From Leucoraja ocellata (taxonomy: Eukaryota), in the NCBI GenBank assembly GCA_036785375.1, contig JAWMAR010000122.1:4526001-4590000 (forward strand): 64,000 nucleotides of DNA, written 5' to 3'. The position numbers and the translations under genes are program-made. Numbering within the stretch: the first letter of the stretch is position 1; the number at the start of each line of letters is the position of its first letter. The notes below the pieces were generated by a model. It was not told the DNA's origin, did no database searches, and was given only the letters and a program-made list of their open reading frames with translations. Positions 25,606 through 37,400 of the stretch are shown here, piece after piece.

Positions 25606-25885
25606 TGTGGAAACAGGCCCTTCAGCCCACCTAGTCTGTGCCGACCCACGATCACCCATAGTTCTATATTATCCCAGTATTCCAGCCTACACATTCGAGG
25701 CAATTTACAGAAGCCATTTAATCCACACACCGGCATGTCTTTAGAATATGGAAAGAGCCTGGAGGATCCAGAGAAAATACACCTGGTCACAGGGATAACG
25801 TAGAAACGCCACACAGACAGCATTCGAGGTCAGGATCAAACCCAGGGCTCAGGTGCTGTAAAGCAGCGACTCTTATGTCTGCGCG
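25606..25885 (-). mobile_element. V-SINE
   Basis: Consensus match. Confidence 0.75.
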
Positions 25886-25994
25886 GGTTCTCCATGATGT
25901 TTCTGAAGAAACGTCTACTACAGAAGCACCAAGCAAATCATTGAATGATAAACATTATCACTTCATGCGCATTCTACCCACTCAATATCTTAGA

Positions 25995-26485
25995 TACACC
26001 AGCGTAGGTTCACAAGGTTAATTCCCAGGATGGCGGGACTGTCATACGTTGATAGAATGGAGCAGCTGGGCTTGTATACTCTGGAATTTAGAAGGATGAG
26101 AGGGGATCTTATTGGAACATATAAGATTTTTAAGGGTTTGGACACGCTAGTGGCAGGAAACATGTTGGGGGAGTCCAGAACCAGGGGCCACAGTTTAAGA
26201 ATAAGGGGTAAGCCATTTAGAATGGAGATAAGGAAAAACGTTTTCACACAGAGGGTTGCGAATCTATGGAATTCTCTGTCTCAGAAGGCAGTGGAGGCCA
26301 ATTCTCTGGATACTTTCAAGAGAGAGTTAGATAAAGCTCTTAAAGAAAGCAGAGTCAGGGGATATGGGGAGAAGGCAAGAACAGGATACTGATTGTGGAT
26401 GATCAGCCATGATCACTGGGAATGGCGGTGCTGGCTTGAAAGGCCGAATTGGATCACACCTGCACCTATTGTCTATTCTCTATTG
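25995..26485 (+). mobile_element. CR1/HER1-like LINE 3' fragment
   Basis: ORF 26030-26392 reads LGLYTLEFRRMRGDLI...TRGHSLRI...FTQRVANLWNSL. Confidence 0.9.
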
Positions 26486-27324
26486 TCACCAGTGCATATG
26501 TTTCCAGAAATACTTTGTTTCACAGAGAATGAGTGCATTCATTGGCTTAGTCATAAAAACAGCAAAAAACGCAAAAGAGCAATTCAATTCCTAGATTATT
26601 TTAAAATGACCACTAAAAACCATCATTCTGTATTAAAAGGTAGAAATCATTTTCTCCTGCTCACTTGTTACAGTAATATTTCTGTGAGGATCTGTGCCAA
26701 CCGAAGATGATGTGGCTTGTTTGGGTACACATTTGTTTTCTAGGTGGTGTTAAGGACCCAGTGTTTCAATGGAACTTTCCACTGCATTTCACAGCATTGC
26801 TGTTTATTGGTGTCTATTTTGCAGCTAATGATGCACACGTCTTTAAAATTTTAAACAGTCAGACCTTCTTCTCATTTTTAACCTGAAACTCCCTATGAAA
26901 TCCTTATGCTGTACATCCTCTCTGATAATTATATCTTGTTTTCTCAATGTCTCAAAATGGAATTCACCTCCTTGGACCTTGTATCTGTTAAAATGCCATT
27001 GCATAATCAGTTAAAAAAATGCCCAATTATATTCTGTCATTTTTCACCTTTTCTTCAAAACTACAGAAATCTTCATGATTCAAAGATCAATAAAATGCTT
27101 AAAACCATTCGGAGTCCTGACTTTGGAATGCTTGATACTCAGAAGAGGAGCCAACATTTGTGGAAAAATAAATATTATTTATTTTCAAAAGAGTTATCAT
27201 TTCAGATCAATGAGCCTTCAACAGGTCTACCATGCACATTATCCCTTCTATTTCACATTTTTAATTAATTGTACTAAACTAAAATATTAAATGTACTTTC
27301 TTATACAGGCACAGTCTACCAGCA

Positions 27325-27635
27325 CATAGAACATAGAACAGTACAACACAGGAACAGACCCATCAGCCCACAATGCCATGTCGATATGATGTCAAATTAA
27401 ACTAATCATTTCTACCAGCACATGACCCATATCCCTGCACTCCTTATGTACCAATCTAAAAGACTCATATCAAATTCCACCACCACTGCTGGCAGTGTGT
27501 TTCAGATGCCCACCACTCTCCACGTAAAAAACTTACCCCACGTATTTCCTTTACACTTTGCTCTTCTCACCTTAAAACTAATTCCACCCTGATGCAAAAA
27601 GAGTCTGACTGTCTATTCTATCTATGCCTCTCATA
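27325..27635 (-). mobile_element. CR1 3' fragment
   Basis: (ATAGAAC)n tail and decayed CR1 3' sequence. Confidence 0.65.
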
Positions 27636-27636
27636 A

Positions 27637-27687
27637 GTTTAGTTTAGTTTAGTTTAGTTTAGTTTAGTTTAGTTTAGTTTAGTTTAG
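27637..27687. repeat. (GTTTA)n microsatellite, an expanded SINE tail
   Basis: About 10 perfect pentamer units. Confidence 0.9.
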
Positions 27688-27719
27688 AGATACAGCATGG
27701 AAACAGGCCCTTAGGTAGG

Positions 27720-28469
27720 TACTCACACACACACGCACACACGCACACATGAGGCTTCGGAGGCTCAATCCAGCGCTAGATGCAACTCAACTCTGCCTGT
27801 CTCGCCGGGTTAACCTACAGCCCTGCCTGTACTGACGGGACACCAGCGCTGCTTCTCCGCGCTGGCTGTAAACCTGGGCCATATTTCCCGCAAGCCCAGG
27901 CAGGGCTGTAGGTTAACCTGGCGGGACAGGCAGAGTTGAGCTGGGTTTAGCGCTGCTTCTCTGTGCTGGCTGTGGGCCTGGAGGCACAGCTCCCATCTGA
28001 CTCCCGACGTCTCTGGCCACCTCCGGGCGTGGTGGGGGGGGGGGGGGGGGCACTCGGGTGGGGACGGGACAGCGCCGGAGAGCCGGGATCGATCCTGGCT
28101 GCGGATGAGGTGCAGGTCTGTGCCGAGAGTGTTTTGGCATGTCTCCCTCCTCTAATCACTGCGCTCTGTCCTCAGTCTCACCCCCCCTACTTCCGCCTCT
28201 GATCGCGCACCTCCCTCCTCCAATGATCGTACAGAATCTTCATGTCCTGCCCCATTGCCTGCTGACTGACGTCTCTCTCGTCCAATCGACGCCCTCGATC
28301 AGCAGTCCCACCCCCACTGTCTCGCGGAAAGCGGAGATTTAACCGGGTTTTAAAATCCGGATTACAAAAAATAGGGGGGGGGGGGGGGTGATCGTCCCCC
28401 ACCTCTCAAAACAGGGGGGGGGGCGTGTGTCCCCAGCCCCCCCCCCCCCCCCCGGGATTTCCGCCCCTA
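27720..28469. mobile_element. GC-rich insertion, possibly a non-autonomous hAT-like element
   Basis: Right end gggatttccgccccta with C/G-run subterminal repeats. TAGGTAGG occurs at 27712-27719 and 28468-28475. No clear left TIR. Confidence 0.45.
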
Positions 28470-28530
28470 GGTAGGCGAGTCCAAATAGAAGCATACCAAA
28501 TTACGCATATCATATCATGTCAAAGGAAAG

Positions 28531-28815
28531 AACGGTGTCGCAGAGGTAAAGTTATTGCCCAGGTTCAATTCTAACTATTATTGCTGTCTGTGCAGAGTTT
28601 GTATGTTCTCCCTGTCACTGTGTTGGGTTTCTACAGGTGCTCTGGTTTCTTCCCATATCTCAAAAACGCACAGGTTTGAAGGTTAATTGGCTTCTGTAAA
28701 ATTGCAAAAGTGGCCCCAGTGTGTCGGATAGTGCTAGTCTACGGGGTGATCGCCGGTCTGTGTGGACTCAGTGTGCCGAAGAACCTATTTCCATGCTCTA
28801 TCTCTAAAGTCCAAA
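28531..28815 (+). mobile_element. V-SINE
   Basis: Consensus match. Confidence 0.75.
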
Positions 28816-29557
28816 GTGCCACCTTCTCTTACATGCAAGAGCTACTAAGTGTCTTCAATTTGATCTGTTGAAACAGTTCTGATAATAGGTAGCTGACCTG
28901 AAATGATAGCTTTGTTTTCTCTCTATATGGAAAGAATTATTATTAGTTTCCCATTTTCCTTTGTTTTGCTTGAATCACTTGAACAATCTCAGCATTCTCT
29001 TCTTTATATACAATCTGAAAATTCATGAAGCAAAATAAAACATATTTTCTTTTTCGAATGTAATTACATTACATGTAAATTCAATGGTAAAATATGTTGT
29101 ATTTTAACAAGATATGTATATATTGGAATATACATAATGTATTGGAAATATATTGTAGACTGCTCACTACAATAGCTGTCAGCTCAATACTGGACAGGTA
29201 GAATGGTAGGAAAGCTGTAAATGAAATGTAGTCTCTCCCCTGAAATGGAGATAGAGAGCTCCAAAAAGGGGAGATCCAGAAAGGGGAGAGAGTAGTCAGA
29301 GATAGTCCAAGGAAATTTGAGGACAAAGGGGGGGGGGGGGGGGAGTTGATGGTGAAGTTCTTCCATTAATAATGTATTGTGTCCACACTGTGGAAAGACC
29401 AACAACATTGTCACTCCATCCATGCCTCTATACCTATGCCTATCCAACATCTCCTTTTAGGACCTTATTCTTGCCATCCATTCCTTCCAATCTAGTCTCA
29501 AACATGGACACACACAAGCAACAATGTAATTAATTTCCCCATTTATACTATTTCAGT

Positions 29558-29880
29558 ATGTAGAAACAAGGAACTGCAGAGGCTGGTTTACACGAAAAAG
29601 ACACAAACTGCTGGAGTAATTCAACAGGTCAGGCAGTATCCTTGGGAGAACATGGATAGGCGACATTTCAGGTTTGGGACTCTCTTTGAAAAAAGGTTAA
29701 AAAGTGCTGGAGTAACTCAGCAGGTTAGGCAGCATCGCTGGAGAAGACGAATAGGTGATGTTTTGGGCTAAGACCCTTCTTCGGGCCTCTCAAAAAGGGT
29801 CCTAGCCTGAAATGTCACCTATCCATGTTCTCCCAAGGATGTTACCTGACCTGCTGAATTACTCCAGCACTTCATGCCTT
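29558..29880. mobile_element. PLE terminal-repeat cluster (two minus copies, one plus)
   Basis: Repeated gctggagtaa...ggcagcatc...ataggtga units in tandem, then inverted. Confidence 0.75.
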
Positions 29881-31692
29881 TTATTTGTGTCCTAATTGTT
29901 AATATTTATTGTTTTCTTGGGTTTCTATAAAATGTCTTCAGTTTACCTATTCTTCCTCTGCTGCCAAAAGTTATTTGTTGAACTATACATTTAACCCTGC
30001 TGGAATATTTATCCAGTGTTATTTTTCCAGTTTGATTTCTTGTACTGTATATCCCAATATATCTTTTGATATTTGAGGATTATGTGAAATAATTTATATT
30101 GTCTCAAAACTCTCAATGACTTTGAATAAATCATTACAGTTGTCATTTACAGTTCTATTGCCAGCAGGTAAGAAATCACAAAACTGTACAAAAAATAAAA
30201 AGCTTAACCTGTAGCAACCAATATTTCTAGGAGTTTTAAATTCTTAGTGACACCAAGTATTATCTTTTCAAGATATATCCATCGTCAACCATTATAAGAG
30301 TATTAAGTCTAAGCGAGTATTTGGGTGTTTTAATGTAGCTGGTTAAATTCTCTGTTTCCAGAGAGGGATCAAGGAGAGGGATGGGTAGGATTTGAGCAAT
30401 GCCGAGGTAGCTCCTGACTGCTTCTGGTGCATGCAAATGCAAAGAATAACACTCTAAGGGATCTCAGCACATCCCAAATATTAGGATAGGCTTGAAAACA
30501 CAGCAGCTAAAAGTGTGATTTAATGATTGGAACTAGACTAATTTGTAAATTTGTGCAATATGACAGAAATTAGCTGAAAGCGGAAATAGGTTGGAATCTT
30601 ACATTATAACATTGTTTTTAGGGGCTTCCGTATGATGCCTGAAGGTCCATTGACTTTCCAATGGGTTAGGCATTTTTTGCCCCATATCCCTCTATACCTT
30701 TCCTATCCATGTACCTGCCCAGATGTCTTTAAAAGGTTGTTAAACATGTTGTTTTAAATGTTCTTCTTTGTGTGTTTGTAGTATGGCATGCCATATTTCT
30801 CATTTAATCCTGAAGTCATAGAAATGGATCATAGTTATAGAGAGTTATAGAGTCATACAGCGTGGAAACAGGCCCATACCGACCTGCATGTCTCAGCTAC
30901 ATTAATCCCATATACCTGCATTTGGCCCATATGCCTCCAAAACTGTCCTATCCATGTACCTGTCTATTTTTTTTATTAACATCAATTCGCTACATGCTAG
31001 AAGGTAATTTCACTGAAACCAATTAACTTACAAACCTGCACGTCTTTGGAATGTTGGAGGACAGTGGAGCACTAAGAGGAAACTCATGCATGTACAAGGA
31101 GAATGTGCAGACTCCACACAGACAACACTTGAAGTCAGGATTGAACCGGAGTCTCTCATGCTGTGAGGCAGCAATGCTACCACCCATGCCATGCCCTGCA
31201 TGACTTGATCTTCCAAAAAGAAACCAGCACCTCCATGAGAACTTCCAGTCTCAACAGTCACAAGCCATTACTCTGTAAAAGCTTCAAGCAGTGGAGCTGA
31301 ATTGTGTTCTATTTTCATGTCATACGGCAAACAGCAACATCAACACCACTGTTTATTAACTATATTTCTGCCGTCAACATCATAATTCCAATACAACTCA
31401 CGCTGACTTCCTGGACCCTGGACTCAGCACACACTTTGCATCATAATCTCCACTTACTGACCAACACACCACAATCATAAGCACAGGTAATAAAACAACC
31501 ACCACGAAAATTCTCAATACTGGTGCCATGCAAGGATGTATTCTCACTTCTCTTGAAAGCCTGTACCATCAGCTTCTTCCCCACTGTTATCAACTATTGA
31601 ACCGACCTCTCATAAACTGAGGATGTAGTCCTGATTCTCAATCTACCACTTCGAAGCACTTGGAATTTATAAAATCTGCACTTTCTCTATTT

Positions 31693-31945
31693 TTAGTTTA
31701 GGTTAATTTAGATACACAGTGTAAAAACAGGTCCTTCAGCCCAATGAGTCTGCACTGACCAACCATCACCCGTGCACGAGTTCCATCCTACACACGAGGA
31801 ACAATTTACAAAAGCCAATTAACCGATAAACCTGCACGTCTTTGGAATGTAGGAGGAAACAAAAGTACCCAGAGAAAACTCATGTGTTTACAGGGAGAAT
31901 GTACAAACTCCATTCAGACAGCACCTGTAGTCTGGATTGAAACAC
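31693..31945 (-). mobile_element. V-SINE
   Basis: Consensus match. Another partial copy lies at ~31010-31197. Confidence 0.75.
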
Positions 31946-33689
31946 AGTAACATTAGTTGTAACGTTATATTCTGCACTCTGTTTCCTTTCACTTTTGACA
32001 CTACTTGTTGCACTTGTGCACTGTTCGATTGTACTCATGTACAGTATGATTTGCCTAAAGAAACAAAACAAAGTTTTTCACTGTATCTCTGTACATGTAA
32101 CAATAATAAATCAATAGCAAACCAGTACCAATACTAACGAATTATTATATCATTATCACCTCCATCCGATTGACTGGACATTGTTTGCTCATTCTTTACG
32201 ACACCTATGCCTCTTTATTGACACCCAATTTGTCCCTTGCTCTACGTGTTAGCCTTCAAATCCAGAAAAAAATGGTAATGACATAAAGTAAAATCATCTT
32301 GCCTCTATTTGCCTTTCTTATCTCCTCAACCTTTCTTCTTCTGCCTTGAATCCCCTGAGGTGTCTGATTGTAAACTACTGCTGAGATTAATGAATGGGAA
32401 TTAGTTAAGTTGTGGGCATTAGCAAAAATGATTTTCATGGAATACCAAACAGAACTGATGATCGCCACGCACAAGACATGATTAAAACCACAGGGCTGTG
32501 CACTAAAAGCTGGATTCTTACTAATTTTAGCTCTGTTGGAAGCACATTTGTAATAAATTAATTTAAATTGGAATGAATCAACTTCAATCACAAGATCATT
32601 TAACCTTAAACTTCAAACTAAGGAAATTATAGCTGTGGTGATGACTACATGAAAGTGCCTAAATATTAAAGATTCTGAAGGTCAATGCACAACTGGTTTC
32701 TTCCCTTAATACATTCTACCCTAACCACAATTAATTTGCTGACACTTATTATAAATAAGTCATAACAGCCATAAGCAAGTGTGCATTGTTGAAAAGTTTA
32801 CAGAAGATAGAATTTAGACAGATGACAATAAATAAACACCTTCAAATAATGTATTGTTAGTTTGTTATCTGCTCTAAGGGTGTAGCTTATATTTACATTG
32901 ACTCAACTGTCATATTATTTGAGCATAAAATATAATTAGTATTGGAAATTGCAAGTGCCTTGTGATTTTTTGTTTTGATCAGATTGTAAATTACACTGAA
33001 ATCCAATGAAAATAAAGCTTTTGTCAAACATTTGAAGATGATTGGAAATGGATTTGAATTTCATTTGTAGATCAGAGATAAAGAATACCATTGAAAACTA
33101 ACAAACCCAATAATTTTCATTTTATTTCCAGTCATTTTGAAGTTTCCAGTGAAAGCTGATAAGTGACACAGAGGTAAGACTAGATTTGATTACAGGTACT
33201 TCGTTCTAAGGCTTTGCTAGTAATTCCACACAATCATGCCATGTGCCTCTGTTAATCCCGCAGTGATTCGCTACTGCACACTGGAAGGTTTCTGCACAAG
33301 AACTAAAAATTGAGATCCATCCTGACTGAAATGAGTGTGCTTGAAGTATATAGGGACCATTATAATCAGAGGTAAACACTGTTCATGGATACACTTAAAC
33401 AGGTTTCAAGGGTTTATAGATCCTTGTTTTGACTTAAGGTGGGTCGATATGTTTAGAGCAGGTTGACTGAGCGAAGTTGAATAAATAATCCCTCTTGATG
33501 ATCCATCCTTCCAACTGATTTATTTTTAATTGCATTGGATGTTTGGATAGGTTTTTGTTTAGTCCATAAATTAATGGTTGATGTTGACTAAATAAATTAT
33601 TAATGGCAGATCCAAATAAAATTCCCTTTCTTCCTTCTGTGTGTTGCTAAATCAGCACTGGAACTGAACCAGGGATATCTCTGAAGAAG

Positions 33690-33890
33690 ATGAGGGGGGA
33701 CCTCATTGAAATGAGCCCCCCCCCCCCCCTCCCCCCCCCTCCCCCCATCCTTCTAAACTCCAACAAGTAAAGGCCCAGTGCCTTCAAATGTTCATCATAT
33801 GTTAACCCAATCTTTCTTGGGATTATTCTCGTAAACCTTCTCTGGACCCTCTCCATTGCCAGCACATCCTTCTTCAGATATGGAGAAAAA
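33690..33890 (-). mobile_element. CR1 fragment
   Basis: ORF remnant ERVQRRFTRIIP...LGLYLLEFRRM. Confidence 0.8.
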
Positions 33891-34247
33891 ATGGTTCACA
33901 ATACTAACAATACACAATATTCCTCACAGTCACAGGAAGGAAGTGCCAACTCAACACAGATAGCACCCGAGGTCAGGATTGAATCTGGGTCTCTGGTGCT
34001 GCGAGTCAGCAGCTCTACCAGCTGCGCCACTGTGCTACCCACTTACCAATGCCCCAAGTCTAATTGAACAGTATTACATTCGCTGTGTATTGTACTCCAC
34101 TTTCATTTCATGAGCATGAAATGGTAAAGATAATATACAGCCGGTCAATTGGTCAATATGTAAGCAGAGAGGACCAACTTCAGAAATAGAGTGGCTATCT
34201 TCGGTTTAAACCAGCATCTGCAGTTCCTTCTGACATAAATAATATTA

Positions 34248-34618
34248 AGCCCCCTGTCCCACTTAGGAGACCTAAACAGCAACCTCTGGTGACCTTGCCC
34301 GCCACCCAAAGTTTCCATGAGGTCACCAGAGGTTTTGGTTACTCTGGTAATGGTCAAAAGTGGTTTCCGCATGGTCGAGGCTTCATCTAGGTTGCTGCTA
34401 TTTTTCACCATGTTTAAAACCGGCCTTGACTAAAAATAGGTTGCCGTTTTAACAATCGATAATTTTTTATTCGCAGGTCTAGTCGAAGCCGGTTTTCTTC
34501 ATAGTCAAGGAAGGTTTTCAACATATGCGTGGGAGGTGGTAGGAGGTTGCAGGTCACCTCGACCTTGATTTTTATTTGGGTGGTGGGCAAGGTCACCAGA
34601 GGTTTAAGGACAGGGGCT
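34248..34618. mobile_element. PIF/Harbinger-type MITE
   Basis: Termini AGCCCCCTGTCC / GGACAGGGGCT, a TTA TSD, and subterminal inverted repeat aacctctggtgaccttgccc / gggcaaggtcaccagaggtt. Confidence 0.85.
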
Positions 34619-34926
34619 TTAGTTTTTAACTCACAGGTAGACGGAGAATGTTCCACCGTGGTGCAACTTCAGTTAATGCTGCTGCTTCAGATCTCCAGTG
34701 ATATTGGTTCAATCCTAACCTTTGGATGCATGGATTTGGCATGTTCTTCCTGTGGCCGCGTGAGTTTTCTCCGCGTGCTCCGGTTTCCACCCATGTCTCA
34801 AAGTTGCATTACTAGGTTAATTGTCTGCTGTAAATTACCCTCTAGTGTGGGGTAATTGGTAGAAAAATCAAACGTGACTTATTGGCCATGATGAATTTTA
34901 TGATGAAAAATGAAAGGTGACTTTTG

Positions 34927-35612
34927 GTCAGAACCAAGTGTCACAGTTTAAGAATAAGGAGCGGCCATTTAAGACTGAGATGAGGAAAATCTTTTTCACC
35001 GAGAGAGTTGTGAATCTGTGGAATTCTCTGCCACAAAAGGCAGTGGAGGCCAATTCATTGGATGTTTTCAAGAGAAAGTTAGATATAGCTCTTAGGGATA
35101 ACAGAATCATAGAAACATAGAAACATAGAAAATAGGTGCAGGAGTAGGCCATTCGGCCCCGAGCCTGCACCGCCAATCAATATGATCATGCCTGATCATC
35201 CAATTCAGTATCCTGTGCCTGCCTTCTTTCCATACCCCCTGATCCCTTTAGCCACAAGGGCCACATCTAACTCCCTCTTAAATATAGCCAATGAACTGGC
35301 CTCAACTACATTCTGTGGCAGAGAATTCCAGAGATTCACCACTGTGTAAAAAATGGTTTTCTCATCTCAGTCCTAAAAGATTTCCCGTTTATCCTTAAAC
35401 TGTGACCCCTTGTTCTGGACTTCCCCAACATCGGGAACAATCTTCCTGCGTCTTTCTTCATATGAAAGTCCCGACATCCCAGGAATCAAACAATATGAGG
35501 AGAACGCAGGAATGGGGTACTGATTTTGGATGATTAGATATGATCATGTTGAATGGTGGTGCTGGCTCAAAGGGCTGAATGGCCTACTCCTGCACCTATT
35601 TTCTATGTTTCG
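34927..35612. mobile_element. CR1 3' fragment (+) interrupted by a same-family copy (-, 35110-35482)
   Basis: GAATCA TSD at 35104-35109 and 35483-35488. The inner copy is the reverse complement of the outer one. Confidence 0.85.
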
Positions 35613-36811
35613 ATGATTATGGCTGCAGTAAATTGCAGGATGCACAGGGAAAATGGAAGTGATAGGAATTCTCAGCAGAGATCCAATGGGCTGAATGTCC
35701 TTCTATGTCACAATATGTAAGTAATTAAACATTATAGCTTTGCACTAAATCTGGTCCCTTCATCGCTTATCTTTGCATTGTGGATGGCTTGATTGGATTC
35801 AGATGGAGTCTTGTTTTCATTGGATACCACATAAACAAAGCTTTTCATTGTCTCAGTACACGTGACAATAATAATAATAAACTAAACTAAACTAAATGAT
35901 GCATCTAGCATTCAGAAGTAGATAAATGGTCCTCTTTGTTCTGTAATCCATCAACCTAATTAGTATAAAACTGACTCACAGAACATAAATGTCATCGGTT
36001 TTCTCTACTCACAAAACATAGGTAACATTTTACGAGTAAAACTGTGTAGAATAAAATTCATCATGGTTTCATTTGAGAATTAGTCTCTAAATTACTTTTC
36101 TGGTGCTGTGGACCATATGTCAATGTTTGGTTTGTTCCTAACACAGCACGGACACTATGAAATATAAGATGTGGAAATCTATGTAATTATATAAACCAAC
36201 ACTATGTAATCTGTAACATCCATCAGCCCTTAAAATGTGAGTGGCTGAATAACTGTCAGAGAAACATTCCTTCAGTAAGAGGTGAAGAGGTCACATCTCT
36301 TCCTTTATTGGCAAACACACACAATAACGTGTACTTGGATTTGAAGTGCTGTAATATAATGAGAACTATAACCTTTATCTTGTGATAGGGATGTGGTGAG
36401 GCCAATACAAGGGAAACACAAGGGTACTGTGCCATGGATCATTGGAAGGCTAGCAAATGTAAGACAGATTACAAGATTTGAATTGGGTATCGAGTGGCAG
36501 AATGAAATAATCAAATAAATAGCTTGTCTTTCCAGCTGCCTCACAACTCACTAGCTCTGATAGCACCATTTCAAACAGAGTGGTATATAAATAAAACTTT
36601 TGTGAAGTAAAGATTTACAATTGGTATCAGCAGTAGCTTAAAGAAATAAACCATGAAGTTGAAGTATGCCAACATAACAGGTTAACTCATTATTTACAAC
36701 TATAACCACAGACTGTGTGATGACGTGTCCCATCTGACAGTTTCATGACAATCTCCTGTGAACAAATTATTCGAATATTGCCCAAAATAACTCAGTTAAA
36801 TCGAAGCGCAG

Positions 36812-37128
36812 TGGATTGGCTGATTGAAAGATATGGCGTGGAAATACACCCTTCGACCACTGAGTCCGTGACATCCATCAATCATTCATTTACATTAGTT
36901 CCACTTTTGCACACACTCCCTCCAAACTGGGAGGAATTTACAGAGGGCAATTAACCTACAAACCCACATATCGTTGGGATGTAGGAAGAAACTGGAACAT
37001 CCGGAGAAAACTAACTCAGTCACAAGGAGAACGTGCAAACTCCACATAGACTGCAGCCGATGTCGAGAATGAACCTTGGTCTCTAATGCTTTGAGACAGC
37101 AGTTCTACTAGCTGTGCCTCTGTGCTGC
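36812..37128 (-). mobile_element. V-SINE
   Basis: Consensus match. Confidence 0.75.
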
Positions 37129-37189
37129 ATGCATGTTAGGGTTAATAATGGTTTCTCAATAAGCTCAAGTGCTCAGAATTGTAAATGTG

Positions 37190-37400
37190 AAAGACATAAA
37201 GTACTGCAGTAACTCAGCGGATCAGGCAGCATCTCTGACGAACATGAATAGGTGGCATATCGGGTCGGGACCCTTCTTCAGAAGAAGTGTCTGACCTGAA
37301 ACATCACCTATTCATGTTCTCCAGACATGCTGCCTGATTCGGTGTGTTACTCCAGTACTTTGTGTCTTATTTTGTGGACCAGCATCTATCATTCCTTGTC
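37190..37400. mobile_element. Inverted doublet of the PLE terminal repeat
   Basis: Minus arm ~37190-37281 and plus arm ~37278-37400 share a central ttcaga/gaagaag. Confidence 0.8.
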
